Under the pieces are notes generated by a model that saw nothing but the letters and a program-made list of their open reading frames with translations, was not told where the DNA came from and made no database searches. From Octopus sinensis (Eukaryota): a stretch of DNA of 64,000 nt. Below, piece by piece: positions 39,554 to 52,650 of the stretch. The number at the start of each line of letters is the position of its first letter. Within the stretch, counting starts at the first letter, position 1. The translations under genes and the position numbers were made by a program. Where the stretch lies: the NCBI RefSeq assembly GCF_006345805.1, contig NC_042998.1, positions 44,640,001-44,704,000 on the forward strand, written 5' to 3'.

Positions 39554-39607
39554 TGTGTATGTAATGTATGTATTCATGAATGTATGCATGTATGTATGCA
39601 TTGGCAC

Positions 39608-39781
39608 AAGTAAGAAGCTTGCTTCCAAACCACATGGCTTTGTATTCAGTCCCACTGTGTGGCTTCTTGCGCAAGTGTTTTCTAGTATAGCCGCGGGCCG
39701 ACCAAAGCCTTGTGAGTAGATTTGGTAGACGGAAACTGAAAGAAGCCCATCGTGTCAATATATATATATATATATATATAT

Positions 39782-39865
<84 letters not shown>

Positions 39866-40048
39866 TTACATGTATGTATGTCTTCGTGTCTATGTTTGAC
39901 CCCACCTCCACGACCATCGCTTGTCAACCGATATTGGTGTGTTTATGTCCTCATGAAAAAGCGGTTCGGCAAAAAGGAACGATAGAATAAGTTCTAGGCT
40001 TCCAAAGAATAAGTCCTGGATCGATTTCTTCGATTAAAAGGCCCTTCA
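39608..40048 (+). mobile_element. CORE-type SINE family O with (TA)(GATA)(GA) linker
   Basis: Head and core at 39608-39755, tail at 39880-40048. Confidence 0.9.
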
Positions 40049-40361
40049 ATAGACTATATATTATTCATATAAAATATACGCTAGGCCACTAGTAGTAAAT
40101 AAATATCTAAAATCTTTATTACCCTGATATTATTAATTATGTATAATGATTCCTGGTAGATTCGTTCGAAGAAATTGCCGGCATCTTTTTTGTTTGCTGT
40201 CGACAAAATAGACTGCGCTTGCGCGGTGGATTTGAAAAAAATTAAAATATATAAGCAAGAGGCTCTTGCTGAATTGGCCTCGTGTTTATATATTCAATAT
40301 TGATGAAGACCTCGCCATGGTAAATTATTTTATTTACTAGAATAAGTCAGAAACCATGGTC

Positions 40362-40402
<41 letters not shown>

Positions 40403-41890
40403 TCCATGTGCATCCTAAACAAGAATTTACATATAAAATATTTCCTCTAAAACTTTTCCATCAACTGGCTTGTCGTTTTCCGTTATATTTCCATTTATAT
40501 CTAAGATGCATTATTAGATTATCGAAACACCAGCAATTGATTATTGCATTAGTTTATGACCCTCGGAGGGATGAACTCAGAAGGATTTGAACTCAGAGTA
40601 TAAAGAACTGTCACTCTTGATCGATGTTTGCTTACTCTCCAATTGCTTTTATACTGTATTATGCTCTTCTCCTGTCAAATTACTAAGTGTGTTTTCCAAC
40701 TACTATAGCTGTCAATCTTTCCTTCTTTAACCTTCTCTATATCAATTTTATATCTTCTGCTCAGCACATATCTTTTGAACTTGTTTCTCCTTTCTTTTCT
40801 CTACTGTTATTATCATACTAAACTAATGCTTTAACCCAAATCTAACCGACAATATTCCTTTTCCTATATCACCCACCTGTTAGGACATTGAAAAATCTAT
40901 GGATATCGTTCATAGTGCGTCAGATTAATGAACTCATTAGAGCTGTCTGACAGAATATTTTATACTATTTAATACCTCACTGAAGTAAAAGGTTGAAATC
41001 CTGTTCTCGTCAACTTTACCTTTCTTACTTCCGATATTGATGAAATGAATAGCGAAGTACATGGTGCAATGTATTCTCCTAAAACCCTGGAATTTGGCAT
41101 TCCATAATGACCGCTGTTTAATGACTAAAATCAATTACAGAATAAAAGCTAATATTTCCTCTTATTTGTCCACTGAAAGTAATTTCATTAATCTGATGCA
41201 CTATGAACAATGTTCATGGATTTTTCAATGTCGTAACGGGTGGCTGATATGAGGAAATGAATATTGTCAGTTCAATTTGGGCTAAAGTTTTACTTTGTTA
41301 TGTTAATAAGGGATTCATTTTCCAATAATAATGTCTCTAAAACTGGGCGTCAAAAGTTTTGCTACGGTTGATTTTGACCTCGTTTCATCATCGATTAACT
41401 CGGTATTAACTTTTGCAGGTGTCTAATATTCCGTACTCTTAACTAGGAGAATTATTTATATGAGATTTCAATTCGATTACATTCTTCTTTCCTTTTCATT
41501 TATTTCTTTTTCTTCTTTGTTAGTAAACAATAAATCTAGAAATCATTTCAAATGGAAAAACTGTCTTTTGTTATATCAACATTGAACGCCGACATTTTAC
41601 CCCTTGGTTAGTTTTTCTGATACTTAATGTAAAATTAGCGAAAATGCAAGTGGTATCAGTTTAAATCAAATAAACATATTTGATACGTAGCAGCGTTTGT
41701 AATTGTTTCGTTGCCCTAGTTATCCGCTGCATGATTGGATCTGTTCAATAAGCTGTAAAGTCACGTCTGACATTCTCCTCATTTCTCTCAGCCTCTCCAA
41801 CATTGTCTTCCGCTACAAGCAACCTGCAAGCAGCTGTCTAATATACTTCAGATTTAATCCCACAAAACAAACGGACACATCTCAAACACA

Positions 41891-41943
<53 letters not shown>

Positions 41944-42357
41944 AATTCATGCATACATATACAAATACACACAACCGCAAGTAGAAGCACTGATATGCAT
42001 ATATGTACACAAAACACGCATCAACAAAGAGATACAATGGGATGCGTGCGTGCGTGTGTGTGTGTCTGTGTGTGTGTGCGCGCATCCCTATGTAATACAC
42101 ACTTCACATTCTTATACAATAAACTGCAGGCATTCTACTTACTTCACAGTACATAACACACGTGACGCACACACATGCACGCGAGCACATAAACACACAC
42201 ACACACACAGTGCTCTCATACACATTCACACACAAAAGCAGATCCAACACACACTAAATGCAAATATACAAAATCACAAAATATACACGTCCACAAAAAT
42301 AAAGTCTGTCTTTGCAATATAAAGTGTGTGCATTTGTATGCGCTTTTGTATGTACAA

Positions 42358-42425
<68 letters not shown>

Positions 42426-43524
42426 CTGTGGGTGGGTGTGTATATATATATGGATGGATGTATGTATGCGCATGCATACATCATTGAAATAGATGCAATT
42501 CGCTTAAAGGATAGGCACTATGTAAACGTTCGCTACAAACATGCAGTAAACAACACGTTTACATGCACAACATACAGGGAAAGATATAATATATATGTGC
42601 GTATGCATCAGTATATATCTATGCGTGGTTCGTGCGGGAATGTGTAAGTACTTACGTATATATATCTGTATATATGTATGTGTGTATGTTTGGTTGTAAG
42701 TATGCATATGTGTAAGTCTGAATGTACATACATAGATACATACATATATGCTTCCAAATGCAGGTTTGTTTACGCACACGCTCTCTTCTTAATCCGTTTT
42801 TCTTTAATACGAAATGACATTGCAGTAGTTCTTGTGGAAATGGAAAAAAAAAGCGCCATAAATTTTCCCTTCTCGGACGTCTCACTAATACCGTACTTCT
42901 CAAACAGCTTTTGTTTCTCATGCCTTCACATTTTCCACTTGCATTCTTCGGAATATTCTTTGTGTTTGCTATCGTTGTTATTGATACTTCTACTGCTACA
43001 GCTGCTAGCAATAGTATAACATTCACATTTTACTATCCTCACATTCATGAACTTTACCATCATAATCATTTACATTTCTATTGATATTTGTTATTGCCTA
43101 CCATTGCCACCATTATTTCAACCCAACATGTCTGACTACCAGCAAATTATTTTCGTGATTGATTGCTTGGCAATCCAATTCTTTTATAAATAATTGATAC
43201 AAAGAAATAGTATGTTTTTTTTTATCCTTTTAACGATTTTTTTATCCCTGGTATCCTTTTGATACTAACTACGGAGTACGTATGATATTCAGTGTGATAT
43301 ATAGTAGTACAGCTATTTGATATAAAAATAAAAAATTAATAGAAATGCATTCATAACACAATGAATTTCCCTTTTACAGCTACCGTTAGTTGTGATAGGT
43401 GAAAAGTATATATCACATAGAACTAAGTACTACCTCGCAGAGTATTTGACAAACAAACATAACAAATTCGAATTTTGTCTACTTTAGAACTAGAGTAGTT
43501 TTTGTTTTTGCCATTATCTACGAG

Positions 43525-43740
43525 TACAACAGGTGGCAGAATTTTTAGTGTGTTGACAAAATGCTTAGCTATATTTCTTTCGGTTTTTTTAGTTGGGAGT
43601 CGTCTTTACCTTTCATCCGATGGTCGACTTCACTTGTCATTCCTTCGGGATCGATAAAATAAGCACCAGTTGAGCATTTGGAGTTGAAATAATCGACTGA
43701 CTCCCTCCCTTAAAATTGCTGGACTTGTGCAGAAATTGCA
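43525..43740 (+). mobile_element. Degraded SINE family M
   Basis: ggcagaatttttagtg head and cttcgggatcgataaaataagcacc core. Confidence 0.6.
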
Positions 43741-43980
43741 GTTATGAGACTTCAAAAGTTTAAACTGTAAAGTTTTGATAATATATCCGTATAACTACAA
43801 TTTTATATTCGAAGCACACATATACACATATACATACATGAATGTGTGTGTGCGAGTGTATGTGTGAGTGTATGTGTGTGTGTGTGCGAGTGCATGTATG
43901 TGTATGTATATATGTATGTGTGTGTATATATATATAGATATGTATGTATATATATATATGTGTATATATATATAGATATG

Positions 43981-44017
<37 letters not shown>

Positions 44018-44096
44018 GCACACACACACATATATATATATATATATGTGTGTGTATGTATATAGTAGAGTCATGGTTGTCTAGTTTTCTCTTCAG

Positions 44097-44154
44097 ACAT
44101 GTGTTAAAAACATTATATAAATTGAAACGAAATGCAATCACCGCGAAATTAAAG
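44097..44154 (+). CDS. Candidate micro-exon [19 protein letters not shown]
   Basis: tagttttctcttcag acceptor and AAG|gttaga donor. Only the phase 2 to 0 frame is open, and it matches 34050-34095. Confidence 0.25.
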
Positions 44155-44782
44155 GTTAGACGGAGGACTGTCAATGAAGTGCATTCATTTGTCACATGCA
44201 TGAACGAAATTCGTATCTTGATGTACCAGAAACAATGGCATTGCAGAGTGCTAGCCGGGCCGTAAAACATCTCAGTGAACACAATCAAAACGCTATTAAA
44301 TTGAAATAACCAGCTGTGCATTAATATTAAAGTTATATATTCTGTTAAAAGATATGCTACTGTGGTTGTTGCTTGAGAGATGATTTCTTTATAAGCATAT
44401 TGTGTTAAAACATCGACGCAGCAGTGAATCATAGGAACCATAGCTGCATTTCACCTTTCTTGGAGCTTGTCAATAACTTGTACCAATTTGTCATATTTTG
44501 AACGTATCTCGATATATAAGAAACATGCTGCCTTAATTGCGTTCCCTGAAAATATACATATATACATATTTATGTTTGTGTGTTTAATGAATTTCAAGGA
44601 AAATTTCTTGATAGAGTTACAATGTATATTAGAAAAGATTAACTTACATAAACAATTATCAACCATTAAGAAAAAACAATCTTTGAGAACAAACATTTTA
44701 ACTCAAAACGTGAAAAGAGGTTTGCGTGTTAATGCTTTTCGCATTTTTCAACATTTCAAATACATGTATTATGAGGTACGTG

Positions 44783-44842
<60 letters not shown>

Positions 44843-45269
44843 AAGATAAATATATATTTAACTTGTAAATTTTATGGGAAATGCACTTGTTTGATGTATG
44901 AGAGGTTCATGTTTAGAGTTATAGTTGATAGCTGTTGTTGCATGTAGAACTGATTCAGTTGTCTTTCGTATTCCTCTCATGTAAAAGAAATATATTCGTA
45001 CTATGCTCTCTTAAATTTCTCCATTTGTTATTCCCTTTCTAGCAATAAAGTCATCTTTATTGTTATTACTATTATTATTAAATTTGGACCCATTTCATAC
45101 TAACTCGCCAAACACATTTCCTGTTTCTACAAATATCCTGTTTTAAAAGTTATCAAAATGAAAACCTTCTGTCGAAATTTCACGTTAAATTTTGTCCCAG
45201 GCGGAAGCTTGATAATTACTTTAGATTAAGGCACAGGATTTTCAGTTTTAAAGATAGATAATTAATGAA

Positions 45270-46755
45270 TACTCTCGATCATAATTCTTCAACGGTACTT
45301 TATTTTATCAACCCTGAAATGATAAAGGCGCAGTTGTTTCCAGTGAAATTTGAACTCAGAACGTAAAGTGGTAGGAAGAACTACTACCAAGCATTTTGTC
45401 CGTCGCTGTAACTGTGCTACCAGTTCTTGTGCTTGTGATGGCGTTCACCAAGGACGGGTTGAGCCGACTTCTTCTCTGGTCCTGAGAAGGATTCATAGAC
45501 GTTTAGTGGGAATATTGAATTCACAAGCGGTCTCCGACATCCTGCATGCATATCGCGAGTGACGGGACGCACTGTTTGCCGCGGAATCTCCACAGACACA
45601 GGGACAGAATGACCTCGAAGCCGCCGGTTGCCGATCAGACGCCTCTTGGAATTTTCACCAGAGCCCCGTTGGCCAGGCTGCGGCCCTAATACCGCTCGGT
45701 GACAGACCAATCCGCCTTGGGTGGCCCTACCAGGAACCGATGTTCCCGACGACATAGCTCTGACACTGCCCGTTTACACGACCCTACCGCTTTGATGAGG
45801 GGTTGGACTTTAGGTTGGATGCTACCAGTTCGCCACCATTACACCAACTTCCTATTAAAGGTGCAAGGTCTTGATTTTTTTTATAGAGGAAGGAGCTAGT
45901 CGATTACATTTTATCCGGCGTGCAAATGTTTCTGCCAGCTCGCCACCTTACACCGACTTAATAATAGTTTCTACTGTGGCCATAAAGATTGAAATTTGGG
46001 GGAGGGTACTAGTTAATTACATCGATCCTAGTGTTCAACTTGTACTTAATTTGTTGATCCCGAAAAGGTGAAACGCAAAGTCGACCTCGTCAGCATTTGA
46101 ACTCAGAACGTAAAGCGGACGAAATGCCGAAAAGCATTTTTCCCGGCGTGCTAACGATTCTGCCATCTTGTTAACTTAATGGTTTCAAATTGTTTGCACA
46201 TAGCTAGCAATTTCGGTGAAGGGGCTAGGTTGATTAGATCGAGCCTAGTGTTCAACTGGTATTTAATTTATCGACTCTGAAAATCGACCGTGGCGGAATT
46301 TGAACTCAGATCATAAAACGGACGAAACGCTGCTACGTTTTCGCCCTGCCTGCTAATGTTTTTCCCAAGCTCGGCGCATTACACCAACTCAATAATGATT
46401 TCAAATTTTGGTTCAAGGCCAGCAAGCACGGGGGAGGAGTATCGGTCAACTACATTATCAACTGGTACTTATTTTATGAACCTCAAGAGGATGAAAGGCA
46501 AAGTTGGCCCCGGCGGAATTTTAGCCCAGAACGTAAAGACAGACGAAATACCTATTTCTTTACTACCCACAAGTGGCTAAACACAGAGGGGACAAACAAG
46601 GACAGACACACGGATTAAGTCGATTACATCGACCTCAATGCGTAACTGGTACTTAATTTATCGACCCCGAAAGGATGAAAGGCAAAGTCGACCCTGGCGG
46701 AATTTGAACTCAGAACGTAATGGCAGACGAAATACGGCTACACATTTCGCCCGGC
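45270..46755 (-). mobile_element. Array of about six same-orientation SINE family M copies
   Basis: Repeated gaatttgaactcagaacgtaaa and gaaaggcaaagtcgacc blocks, interrupted by the GC-rich segment at 45435-45870. Confidence 0.85.
45435..45870 (+). mobile_element. GC-rich segment resembling a LINE (RTE-like) 5' UTR
   Basis: ccaatccgccttgggtggccctaccaggaaccgatgttcccgacgacatagctc resembles recalled RTE 5' UTR motifs. Not verified. Confidence 0.35.
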
Positions 46756-47296
46756 AATCATTTCACCAAATATTTTATTATTTTCTAATTATCTGAAAGA
46801 AGACAGTATATTTCAATAAAACTATGACAAATAAAGAAATATATTAAGGTGGAATTTTAATGCGATAAAGTGTACGTATGAGTTATGTGGGCCACAATTT
46901 TGCTCTTAGGTAGCAGACATTATTGCGTCGAAGTACATCTTATCTGTCAGAAGATTACGGGTTATGTCTCAACTGATATTTTCTATATCTCAGAAAAACT
47001 GCATCTCAGAAAAGTAAGAGTCTTGTGTGTCCCCAAGTCATGAAATAATCACTGGGAAAAGTTACTGATGAGAAAAATAATTCATTTGGCTTAATTACGC
47101 AAATTGACACAGCATAATATTTTGCAAGACTATATGCACGCCATGAAAAAATGAAAAAATGTTAGCACAAAATTTTAATTTAGTTCCTATATTTTTGATT
47201 TGTGCGCGTGTGTGTGTAATTACGTCATAGGAATCTCAAGCAGAACAATATTCTGTGTGACTTAGTTGCAATAATTTTGTATTAACATCATTAAAG

Positions 47297-47510
47297 CGAG
47301 TCACTGGCACAATCGTTAGCATGCCGAGCAATAGGCTTAACAGCATTTCGTCCGTGTTTACGTTCTGCGTTCAAACTGCAGAGAGGCCGTATTATATTTC
47401 CTATCCTTCTGGAGTCGACAAAATAAGTACAAGTTTGAGCATTGAGATCGATGTAATCGACTTACCCCACCCCTCAACATTGATAGCCTTCTGCCAAAAA
47501 TTAGAATCAT
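47297..47510 (+). mobile_element. Degraded SINE family M
   Basis: ctggcacaatcgttagcatgccg head and ctggagtcgacaaaataagtac core. Confidence 0.7.
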
Positions 47511-48079
47511 ATATCAGCATTCGCAGACCGACTGAAGAATGGTAGTCGGTTTGGAAAACATTCTCTCCGAAATACATCAATTCTTTCAATGGTTTTTTGA
47601 TCATTGAACTGCGGACATTCTCCGAGAGACCTTTAAGAATTTAGTGAATCATATCAATTAGAGTTCTTATTTTATATCTATGTAACGTATCTGATAGATA
47701 TATAAACATAGCAGATTTAATTACTTCTTCGTATATTGAAAGAGAAAAGCAAAATGATGGACATCATTAATCGATTTTCGAATCTCATTGGATATTCATC
47801 AGAGGTGTCTACATCAATTTGACCAGAGAACCAAGCAGCCAATCTCTCAACAAATCCAGTAGCTACAGAGAACTGGCGTTACTAATTTGCATTCTGTAAA
47901 TGTTTAACACATTATCTAATACCAGCGGCCTGTCAACAGGGATCTCAGTCAACACAGTATCAAGATATGATATAATATATGTACCCTGTATAGTAGGCAT
48001 GGTATTTATTTTATCGAATTTATTCGTTGGATAACTACTTTAAGAGACATAAATATAAACACACTGACACAAAAACGAA

Positions 48080-48245
48080 TGTGCGGGGTTCCATAACCGT
48101 TTCAGTCTCATAAGTTTTATCTAGAAGGCATTGATTAGGTCGATGCTATACTACAAAAAGACACTTGTCCAAAGTGCCACACAACGGGATCGAACAGGTG
48201 AGTATGTTATTGCGAAGCGAACATATTTACCACACAGCCATGCAT
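48080..48245 (-). mobile_element. SINE family O head fragment
   Basis: aagacacttgtccaaagtgccac and taccacacagcc. Confidence 0.6.
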
Positions 48246-48491
48246 AAGCGCATTCTTTCATAATGATATTGTGCCTTTGAACGTATTTAGTCGAAACATT
48301 AATAAACCCGGACAAAGTTGGGTATTACAGTTCGATATGTAAGAGATGTGGAATTATGTACATTATTTACATTTGAAGGATATTTGTCCTCATCTTGTTT
48401 GTTGTTAACACAACGTTTCGGCTGGTATATCCACAATCAATGCCTTAGGGAAATTTCGAACCTGAGTGCTCATTCCTAACGTATTTTTCGA

Positions 48492-48546
<55 letters not shown>

Positions 48547-48823
48547 CATTATTATTATTCAGGTCACTGCCTGGAATCGAACTCGGAATCTTGGGGTTAG
48601 TGGCCCGCGCTCTTAACCCGTGGGCAATTATGGAGTGAAATTTTAGGGCTTATAAATCTAATATTTTCCGATCCTTCCTTAATACCGGTCCACATATTCT
48701 ATTCATATCTGCACTCGGACTTCTTAGGAGGTTGTTGTGTCCTAGAATATGTGCTGTTTCTTTTAGTTTTCGTATTTTCCAGTGGTGTTCTCGGTCTATT
48801 ATTTTAACTTCATCCCACAGGGT

Positions 48824-49082
48824 GGAGGGTATAAGTGGTCATGTATGGAAAAATGGAAACCACCTCCCCCTGTGGGATGAAGTTAAACTAATAGACAGAG
48901 AACACCAATGGAAAATACGAAATCTAAAAGAAGCAGCACATATGCTAGGACACAACAACCTCCTAAGCAGACCGAGTGCAGATATGAATAGCATATGGGA
49001 ACCGGTATTAAGGAAGGATGAAAAAAATATTAGATTTTTAAGCCCTAAAAATTCACTCCATAATTGCCCCACATGCATATAA
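48824..49082 (+). pseudogene. C-terminal fragment of PLE GIY-YIG endonuclease
   Basis: GISGHVWKNGNHLPLWDEVKLIDREHQWKIRNLKEAAHMLGHNNLLSRPS fits the PLE EN tail pattern (a.Hv...H...WdevkiidrE.....R.lkEa.hi). Confidence 0.75.
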
Positions 49083-49146
49083 CGTAGTTGTTAAGAGCGC
49101 GGGCTACTAACCCCAAGATTCTGAGTTCGCTTCCAGGTAGTGACCT
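49079..49146 (+). promoter_or_regulatory. tRNA-like A/B-box module inside the family A pLTR (mirror copy 48560-48618, minus)
   Basis: gtagttgttaagagcgcggg-ctactaa-cccc-aagattc(c/t)gagttcg(a/c)ttccagg has a D-arm/A-box-like part, an anticodon-like loop and a B-box-like GAGTTCGATTCC. Acceptor and T stems are degenerate, so it is not called a tRNA gene. Confidence 0.5.
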
Positions 49147-50393
49147 GAATAATAAAAATAATACCTTAGGAATGAGAACCCAGGTTCGAAATTTTCCTGG
49201 AGGGTGTATCCTTCCTCAAATGTATATAATGAAGGCTGGGTATTGTTGCTAGTAGTCTACATTACATTGTTATTGACAATGTTTACGGTTACAATAACGA
49301 GATGGCGATGACGCCGACGACGACAACGCTGAGAAGGGCGATGATGACGTTTGTTATGATAAAGTTGCTTTTATTGTTGTTTCTGTTTATTGTAGATACT
49401 GCAATGTTAATGGTGCAGCTAGTTGGGTAGAACTGGTGATATTAATTTCTCTACCGGTTTGTGTAGTAATAGTGGGGAGTAGGGGGCTGGAGGCTTTGAT
49501 TGACTTCGGTTCTGTTGATATCTCACTTTTGGGAACACAGCTATGTTGTTTCCAAACGATCGATTTTAAATAATTTCATCGTAATTTATCAATAAAATAT
49601 TCAGCTGAATATTTCCTGATGCGGCAAAATAGATGCAGGAATATTTTATAAGAGAAAACGCAAAAGCATATCAAACGCTACATTGATATACTTTATAAAG
49701 TATTTTTATTACATAAAAGAAGATATTTTGTTACTCAAATGAATAATATAGTTCACTTGCAAAGGAAGGTACATTTATTTGTAGATAATATTGAAGAAGT
49801 CTTCTGAGGATATTTGAATATATAAATTTCATATGCTATTTTCTACCTACCTTTTGTCATATGGAAAATGATTTCTCATTCATGAATTTGCAACAAAATA
49901 TTTCATTCAGAAACGGCATGATGGTCAAAGAATATATTTTATACGAAGCAGTGATACGATATCAGCTGTTTTATGAAAGACTTTCCGCATTAGCACTTGA
50001 ACTCGACGCATTTAGCAAATATAATACTCGTTGATTTAACAACACTCGTTTTTTTATTGTAATGAGTAGTTCTTATTAATGGTGATATTTATATTTATAT
50101 TTAGATAGAATGAGACGATCGGGATGGCTGTTTCGACACTGGCGATTTTGCACAGCTGTCTGGACATTTAACTTGTTTCAGCAACAGCACTTTTGGCAAT
50201 GGAAGCAAATGCACACATACACACACACACCACACACACACGCATACACACATGTGTACAGCGCGTACCCTAGTGTAGGAATATACACATACAGAGAGAA
50301 AGAGATAGCATGAGGAACAGATTGACATAAACACTTCCCAATCTCTTCATACGAAAGGGAAATATGCACTTAATCATAAACAAAAAATGAGGG

Positions 50394-50435
<42 letters not shown>

Positions 50436-52049
50436 CAATACATCTGAAGTGAAATAAATCAGTTTCGAATCAGCGACACCAATTAGGCACGGCCACAATT
50501 GTCGTTTCAAAACGTATCATACTCACATTCAAACTGGTTTCACACGTCGACATGTCTTATGTCCTGGAGAACGACTAGAAGTGATTCTGTCGTCAATATT
50601 TAGATTGAAAACGAAATAGTGTAATTGAGAAAACATGATGCTGCTCATAAATTATAAGCTTAGATTTGTACAAACATGTTGTTTTATTTATGGTGAGAAC
50701 AGTTTATTCTCCACTTCAGAAATATTGCTTGAGACCTACCCAAGGCAAATTTGTCTCCATTCTACTTGAATCTACAAACAGCTAGGACAGATACTATGAA
50801 TGGATCGCCGTTTCTGAAATTGAAATAAAAATAATTCCACTTCAAATTTGCCATTATTCACTCTTCAAACTTAACCCTAATCAAGCAGACTTCCCTTGAC
50901 ACTTTCTTTCTGATGCTGCGCCTGAGAAATAAATCCTTTCTTCACCGAAAGAAAAATGATGTTGTAATTGATACTGACATCATTGACTTCCTTGATGAAT
51001 TTCATACGGAAGATGCATTTTAGTGTTGAAAATGTAGTGTGTGAATATGACTTCTATCAAGAGGAAGCCAATGACACATGGAACGTGATCTTACAGATAT
51101 TCTAAATTTTCGAGAGTGGTCCTTCCAAGAAATTTCAGTATCTTGTCTGAGATGGGAAATTTTGACAGTTATAAGTTCATAATTTCATTATAGTGACATT
51201 ATAATGTTGAATACATAACATAGTTCGTATCTTCTACTTCACTTCTTGTACGTATTTTAACAGGAGTTCATCTTGATGATGTTGAAGTTTATGTCCGTTT
51301 CATATATGAATGGATTAATCAGGCATGCTAGCAAACAGTCTTCTCCACTCAAACTTGTAAATGTATTAATGTGGAGAGCAATGTAAACTAGTGACACAAA
51401 AATTTCATAATTTATGACAAAATTAAAATGCGAGAGTCAATGTGACTCTGAGTAGTAACAGACAGCAGTATTGTGATGTTCATTCTCTTTTCAGTTTTTT
51501 CGAAAATAAATTAGAGACGCAAGAGAACGTACTGACTCCACCATGAAATTGAAAACTCCACTGCCAAGACCTTAATTAGAACAAATAGAAAGAAAACTAT
51601 GCCATTGCACGTGACTGGTCAATACATTCAAGTATTGAATATAGGTCGCATTATAAGCTATATATATATGCGTCACTGCCTACTGCCAAACACTTTACGC
51701 ATCAAAAACAGATTTAAGCATATGTACCTATATACTGAAATGTCGATTTGGCAAGTTTTATTATAGAACGAGTAGCAGATATCCTTGGGGAGGGTGTTGT
51801 GACAATTGTAAAGTGGGCTGGCAAACTGCCACGCTTAATGAAACTGAGATGACTTAAAACATTTAAAATTTGTGCAACCCTATAGCGAAAAATAATGAAT
51901 TTATATGAATGCTAACTGTATTTTGACTTGTCGATAATAAAGAAAATAAACAGGTGCGAAAATTTTGCCATAACATTTTTATGGGGACAGACTGTTGTTT
52001 GTCAGTTTGAGAACTGTTCTATAGCTAGCACTTGTGTTAGTATTGCTAA

Positions 52050-52650
52050 TATCGGTTTTACATTTTGCTACAAAGCTAGCAAGTTCGGAGGTAGGGTAAG
52101 TCGATTTCATCGTCCCCAATTTTTAACTGGTACTTAATTTATCAACTTCGAAAGGGTGAAAAGCAAAGACGACCTCTGTGAAATTTGAAGTCAGAATGTA
52201 AAGACGGACGAAATGCTGCTAAGCATTTTCCCCAGCATGCTAACGCTTCAGCCTGCTCGTTGCCTTAGCATTGTTAATATTGTATTTTGAGTTCAAATTC
52301 TACCGAAGTCCACTTTGCCTTTATCATTTTGGGATCGATAAGAACCAATTGAGCACTGGGTTCGATGTAATCGAATTTCTTCCTCCCCTACGTTGCTGAC
52401 CTTGTGTCAAAATTTGAAATCAATATTCTTATTTCTTTATTACCCACAAAGGGCTAAAAACAGAGGGACAGACAAACGGATTAAGTCTATTACATCGACT
52501 CCAGTGCGTAACTGGTACTTAATTTATCGACCCCGAAAGGATGAAAAGCAAAGTCGACCTTGGCAGAATTTGAACTCAGAACGTAACGGTAGACGAAATA
52601 CCGCTAGGCATTTCGCCTGGCGTGCTAACGTTTCTGCCAGCTCACCACCT
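52050..52650. mobile_element. Three SINE family M copies (minus 52050-52265, plus 52275-52428, minus 52430-52650)
   Basis: Family M blocks in alternating orientation. The last copy is flanked by aaatcaatattct(t)attt. Confidence 0.85.

Larger units (their letters stand above)
48327..49236 (+). mobile_element. PLE family A 3' end with long inverted upstream copy (~900-bp foldback)
   Basis: About 48440-48828 is the reverse complement of about 48861-49195. Possible 8-bp TSD tgggtatt at 48319-48326 and 49237-49244. The right end is internally scrambled. Confidence 0.85.

Noticed and set aside
45270-46755. CRISPR-like or satellite array
   Set aside because: Units are 150-230 bp SINE copies of unequal length and divergence in eukaryotic DNA, with no constant short repeat and spacer pattern.
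49079-49146. Functional tRNA gene with an ACT anticodon
   Set aside because: Acceptor and T stems do not pair properly and it lies inside a repeat; kept only as a tRNA-like module. SINE heads were rejected as tRNA genes for the same reason.
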